Shown: in pieces, positions 60,911 to 64,000 of the stretch
Position numbering within the stretch: the first letter of the stretch is position 1
Layout of the letters: every line of letters starts with the position of its first letter
Assembly (NCBI RefSeq): GCF_006351925.1
Contig: NZ_CP040924.1
Span: 2,235,860 to 2,299,859 of the forward strand
Direction: 5' to 3'
Length of the DNA stretch: 64,000 nt
DNA from: Clostridium thermarum
Lineage (GTDB): Bacteria; Bacillota; Clostridia; Clostridiales; Clostridiaceae
The notes under the pieces: generated by a model
Seen by the model: the letters and a program-made list of their open reading frames with translations, nothing else
What the model was told of the DNA's origin: nothing
Database searches by the model: none
Position numbers and translations under genes: made by a program

Positions 60911-62590
60911 CTACATCACCTCACTCTTTACTCTTGCTACAATATCCTCAGCATTTATCTGTCTGCCGTCATACTTCAATATGCTCTTACTCATCAAAAT
61001 TCCGGTTTCCTGAGTAATTAGCTTGCCTAATTGACCTGTATAGTTCTGTTCAACATTCACTATTACCTTTGCTGAAGCAGCATACTTACTTAATAGCTTT
61101 GTTGGCAGCGGATATATATCTCCAAAGGAAAGGGCTCCAATCTTTATGCCTTCCTTATTCAGCAATGCTATTGCTTCCCTAAGAGCTCCATAGGTCGATC
61201 CCCAGCCTACCAAAAGCACTTCCGGAGCTTCTACACCAAAGTATTCTGGCTCTTGTACATCTTCTTTCATCAATTCTAACTTTTTCATTCTCTTTTCCAT
61301 TTGAGCAATTCTTACGTGTGCTGACTCAGTGATATGAGACTCTTCTGTATGCTCATCACTATCAACCAAGACTACCTGACCCTCTGCCTTACCAGGTATT
61401 AATCTTGGAGATATACCGTTCTCGGTCAATTTATATCTTCTATATTCTTCTCCCTCTGACAACACTTCTTTTCCGGAGATATATTCTTCTATCTTTAAGC
61501 CATCTAAGTTAAACCTTGGCACTGTAACCTTAGAATCTGCCAAGTATTGGTCTGTCAAAATCAATACTAATGTCTGATATTTGTCTGCAATATTTAGAGC
61601 TCTAAAGGTCTGATAGAAGGCGTCTTCAGCATTTCTAACAGACATTACCATTCTTGGGAATTCACCGTGGGAAGCAGTCAGTAAGAAACTCAGATCGCTC
61701 TGTTCTGTTCTTGTTGGAAGCCCTGTAGCGGGACCTGGTCTTTGGGAATCCACGATTACCAGGGGTGTTTCTGTGATACCTGCTAAACCAAAGGTTTCAA
61801 CCATCAGAGAGACACCTCCGCCAGAGGATCCGGTCATGGCTCTGGCTCCTGCATAGGAAGCGCCGATTGCCATATTGATTGCAGCAATTTCATCCTCAAC
61901 CTGTTCAACTACAATGCCTGCTTCTACTTGCTTTTTAGCGAGGTAGGTCATAACACTGGTAGCTGGAGTCATAGGATAAGCAGAATAGAAATCCAAGCCA
62001 GCAGCTAAAGCTCCTAAAGCTATTGAAGTATTTCCGTTCAGCAAAAGTGTATTTCCTGCTTCAACCTTTGGTGCCTGCTTTTTAGCTTCCACTAAACCAT
62101 AGCCCTTCCAAACTGCCTCAATGTTTATTCTTCTTACGTCTTCATTGAATTTTTTGGAAATAAAACCATCAAAGCCTTCGATATTAATACCAAAATATTT
62201 TAAAGTAACACCGGCCGCCATCATTCCAAAGGCTCTGTTTAGTCCAAGATCTTTACATAAGTTAATCAGCGGTAAACTTATAACCCTATCTTCTTGGAAA
62301 TTTATGCTTTCGTCTATAAGAATGTTTCCATTCTGCTTCAATCTCTCTACATGATATTCAGCAGTGTTCTTATCCAAAGCTACAATAAAGTCTAGCTCTT
62401 CCTTGTGAGAAAAGATAGGTTCATCACCAAATCTCACCTGTGTAAAATTGTTTCCTCCTCTTACTCTTGACATATAGTCCTTGTTTGAGAATACGTAGTA
62501 ACCATTCATCTTTAATACTTTTTCTACGAAGTCACTTATAGTGTCCATTCCCTGACCTGCCTGGCCACCTATTAGTATATTAAAATCCAC
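60911..62590 (-). CDS. korA: 2-oxoacid:ferredoxin oxidoreductase alpha subunit with fused N-terminal gamma domain
   Basis: N-terminal gamma-like GGQAGQG, then POR alpha domains; stop/start abuts korB. Confidence 0.85.
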   Translation of the reverse strand: MDFNILIGGQAGQGMDTISDFVEKVLKMNGYYVFSNKDYMSRVRGGNNFTQVRFGDEPIFSHKEELDFIVALDKNTAEYHVERLKQNGNILIDESINFQEDRVISLPLINLCKDLGLNRAFGMMAAGVTLKYFGINIEGFDGFISKKFNEDVRRINIEAVWKGYGLVEAKKQAPKVEAGNTLLLNGNTSIALGALAAGLDFYSAYPMTPATSVMTYLAKKQVEAGIVVEQVEDEIAAINMAIGASYAGARAMTGSSGGGVSLMVETFGLAGITETPLVIVDSQRPGPATGLPTRTEQSDLSFLLTASHGEFPRMVMSVRNAEDAFYQTFRALNIADKYQTLVLILTDQYLADSKVTVPRFNLDGLKIEEYISGKEVLSEGEEYRRYKLTENGISPRLIPGKAEGQVVLVDSDEHTEESHITESAHVRIAQMEKRMKKLELMKEDVQEPEYFGVEAPEVLLVGWGSTYGALREAIALLNKEGIKIGALSFGDIYPLPTKLLSKYAASAKVIVNVEQNYTGQLGKLITQETGILMSKSILKYDGRQINAEDIVARVKSEVM

Positions 62591-62956
62591 CTGTTACACC
62601 TCCATTGATGTTCTTTTTTCGCACAGCATAGATGTTAATTCTTTTTATTTTTGATAATCTATACTGATATTTCTCACTCTTAACTTAATTAAATTATAAT
62701 CTCATATTAATTTTTAATCAATAATCATTATCAATAAATAGCGTGATTCAATTGTGTTCAAATTAATTTATCACACTCAATCTTCCATTATCTCAGTTTT
62801 TCAATAGCTGTTATACCGATTATTCATGCACTGTTTTTTTGAAAAGGCTTGAATTTCACAGGTGTGTAATTTCTTTTACAGAGATCTGTTATAGTATACA
62901 TCCAAACAATCACTTTGTTTTATGCCAAATTAGTACAGTTCTTTAAAGCAAAAACT

Positions 62957-62994
62957 AAAAAAAACTGTGGCAGTCCACTAATAGAACTCCACAG
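62957..62994 (-). terminator. intrinsic terminator after sufU
   Basis: Minus strand: GCTGTGG-AGTTCTATTAGTGGACTG-CCACAG followed by TTTTTTTT. Confidence 0.55.
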
Positions 62995-63010
62995 CTTTAA
63001 TTTAAGATCT

Positions 63011-63433
63011 TTATTTTATAGACTCCCCTAGAGTATGCCACGATAATACTGCACATTTAACCCTGGCTGGCATATTGGATATATTTTTTAATGCTGCTGC
63101 ATCTTCTAACTCATCTAGCAGGTCATCCTCCGTTATTTCTCGCTTAATCATGCCTAGGAACAAATTCATTAATCGCTTTGCTTCTTCCACAGTCTTCCCC
63201 TTTATGAGATCAATCATCATAGAAGTTGAAGCCTGGGATATGGCACAGCCTGCTCCTGTAAAGGAAGCGTCCTCTATAACATCATCCTTAAGTTTTAATT
63301 CCAATTCTATTTCATCTCCGCAACTTGGGTTTCTGCCCTTAAGCACCAAGTCCGGTGAGTCCATATGTCTTTTATTATGATTGGAGGAATTATGCTCCAT
63401 TATTAATTCTGTATATATTGTACTAAGATCCAT
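63011..63433 (-). CDS. sufU: SufU/IscU-like Fe-S cluster assembly sulfur-transfer scaffold
   Basis: Zn/cluster ligands NPSCGDE...GAGCAIS... Confidence 0.85.
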   Translation of the reverse strand: MDLSTIYTELIMEHNSSNHNKRHMDSPDLVLKGRNPSCGDEIELELKLKDDVIEDASFTGAGCAISQASTSMMIDLIKGKTVEEAKRLMNLFLGMIKREITEDDLLDELEDAAALKNISNMPARVKCAVLSWHTLGESIK

Positions 63434-64000
63434 AACCTAACCACTTCCTGACGCCTTTTATACTTTCTATAAATATATCAATATCTTCTACAGTGTTGTA
63501 AAAATAAAAGCTAGCTCTGCAGGTTGCATTTACACCCAGGTACTTCATAAGTGGGTGGGCGCAATGATGGCCGGCCCTTATTGAAATACCGTCAGCATCT
63601 AAAATAGATGCCACATCATGTGGATGGACATCCTTTATATTAAAGGATATAACTCCGGCTTTCTTATTAATATCCCGCGTACCATATATAGTTACATAGG
63701 GAAGCTGATCCAGCTTCATAAGGGCATAGCTTGTTAATCCTTTCTCAGTGACTTTTATGTTATCCATGCCTACCTTGTCTAGATACTTTATGGCTTCTTT
63801 TAAGCCTAGAGCTCCTCCCACATTTTGCGTACCACCTTCAAATTTGAAAGGCAGTTCTGCAAACTCCGCTTCCTGTTCCCAAACATACTCTATCATATCT
63901 CCACCATAGAGAAAGGGCGGCATGGCGTTTAAATACTTTTCCTTTCCGTATAAAACGCCAATTCCCATAGGTGCAAGCATTTTATGTCCTGAAAAGACCA
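63423..64000 (-). CDS. sufS: cysteine desulfurase SufS, C-terminal part (N-terminus beyond the window)
   Basis: Class V aminotransferase C-terminal domain with active-site Cys loop (RAGHHCA); overlaps the sufU start; the 5' end lies off the window. Confidence 0.85.
   Translation of the reverse strand, partial: VFSGHKMLAPMGIGVLYGKEKYLNAMPPFLYGGDMIEYVWEQEAEFAELPFKFEGGTQNVGGALGLKEAIKYLDKVGMDNIKVTEKGLTSYALMKLDQLPYVTIYGTRDINKKAGVISFNIKDVHPHDVASILDADGISIRAGHHCAHPLMKYLGVNATCRASFYFYNTVEDIDIFIESIKGVRKWLGYGS

Overview
This window looks like a chromosomal segment from a low-GC Firmicute, Clostridium-like in gene content and codon usage. It is AT-rich, has Gram-positive GGAGG ribosome-binding sites, and carries sporulation genes (cwlJ-gerQ, dacF-like). 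Most of it is core metabolism and housekeeping: transketolase; plsC and a DAG-kinase-like lipid kinase; an archaeal-type aspS2 with gatCAB; a P-type ATPase; gltBD; a hom/apgM-like/thrC threonine operon; asnB; arginase; tldD/pmbA; gdhA; metNIQ; korAB; and sufSU at the right edge. Three cis-regulatory RNAs are recognisable by sequence: a T-box leader before aspS2-gatCAB (specifier probably AAC, Asn), an S-box/SAM-I riboswitch before metNIQ, and a probable yybP-ykoY (Mn2+) riboswitch before the P-type ATPase. One intact IS30-family insertion, with repeated TTTGTAGAATTAA(C/A)(T/A)TCCAC subterminal motifs, sits between gdhA and the metNIQ riboswitch. Other notable items are an apparent frameshift at a (TA)n tract that splits off the last ~90 codons of gltB; a remnant HAD-hydrolase pseudogene; a conserved yhaM/sbcE/sbcF-like cluster carrying an extra guanylate-kinase-like gene; a nfeD-flotillin operon preceded by a poly-Asp LysM protein; and a standalone AAA-ATPase fused to a PD-(D/E)xK nuclease-like domain. 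A 642-aa protein joins a ParB/Srx-like N-terminal domain to a BMP (nucleoside-binding-protein) domain and lacks a signal peptide. Two long structured noncoding gaps are unexplained (plsC-tkt, about 590 bp; hom-asnB, about 540 bp with an orphan terminator). I see no CRISPR array, no prophage, and no unambiguous multi-gene defence island. The ATPase-nuclease gene and the ParB-BMP fusion are the best candidates for something undescribed. Both are inferences from motif reading, not database hits.
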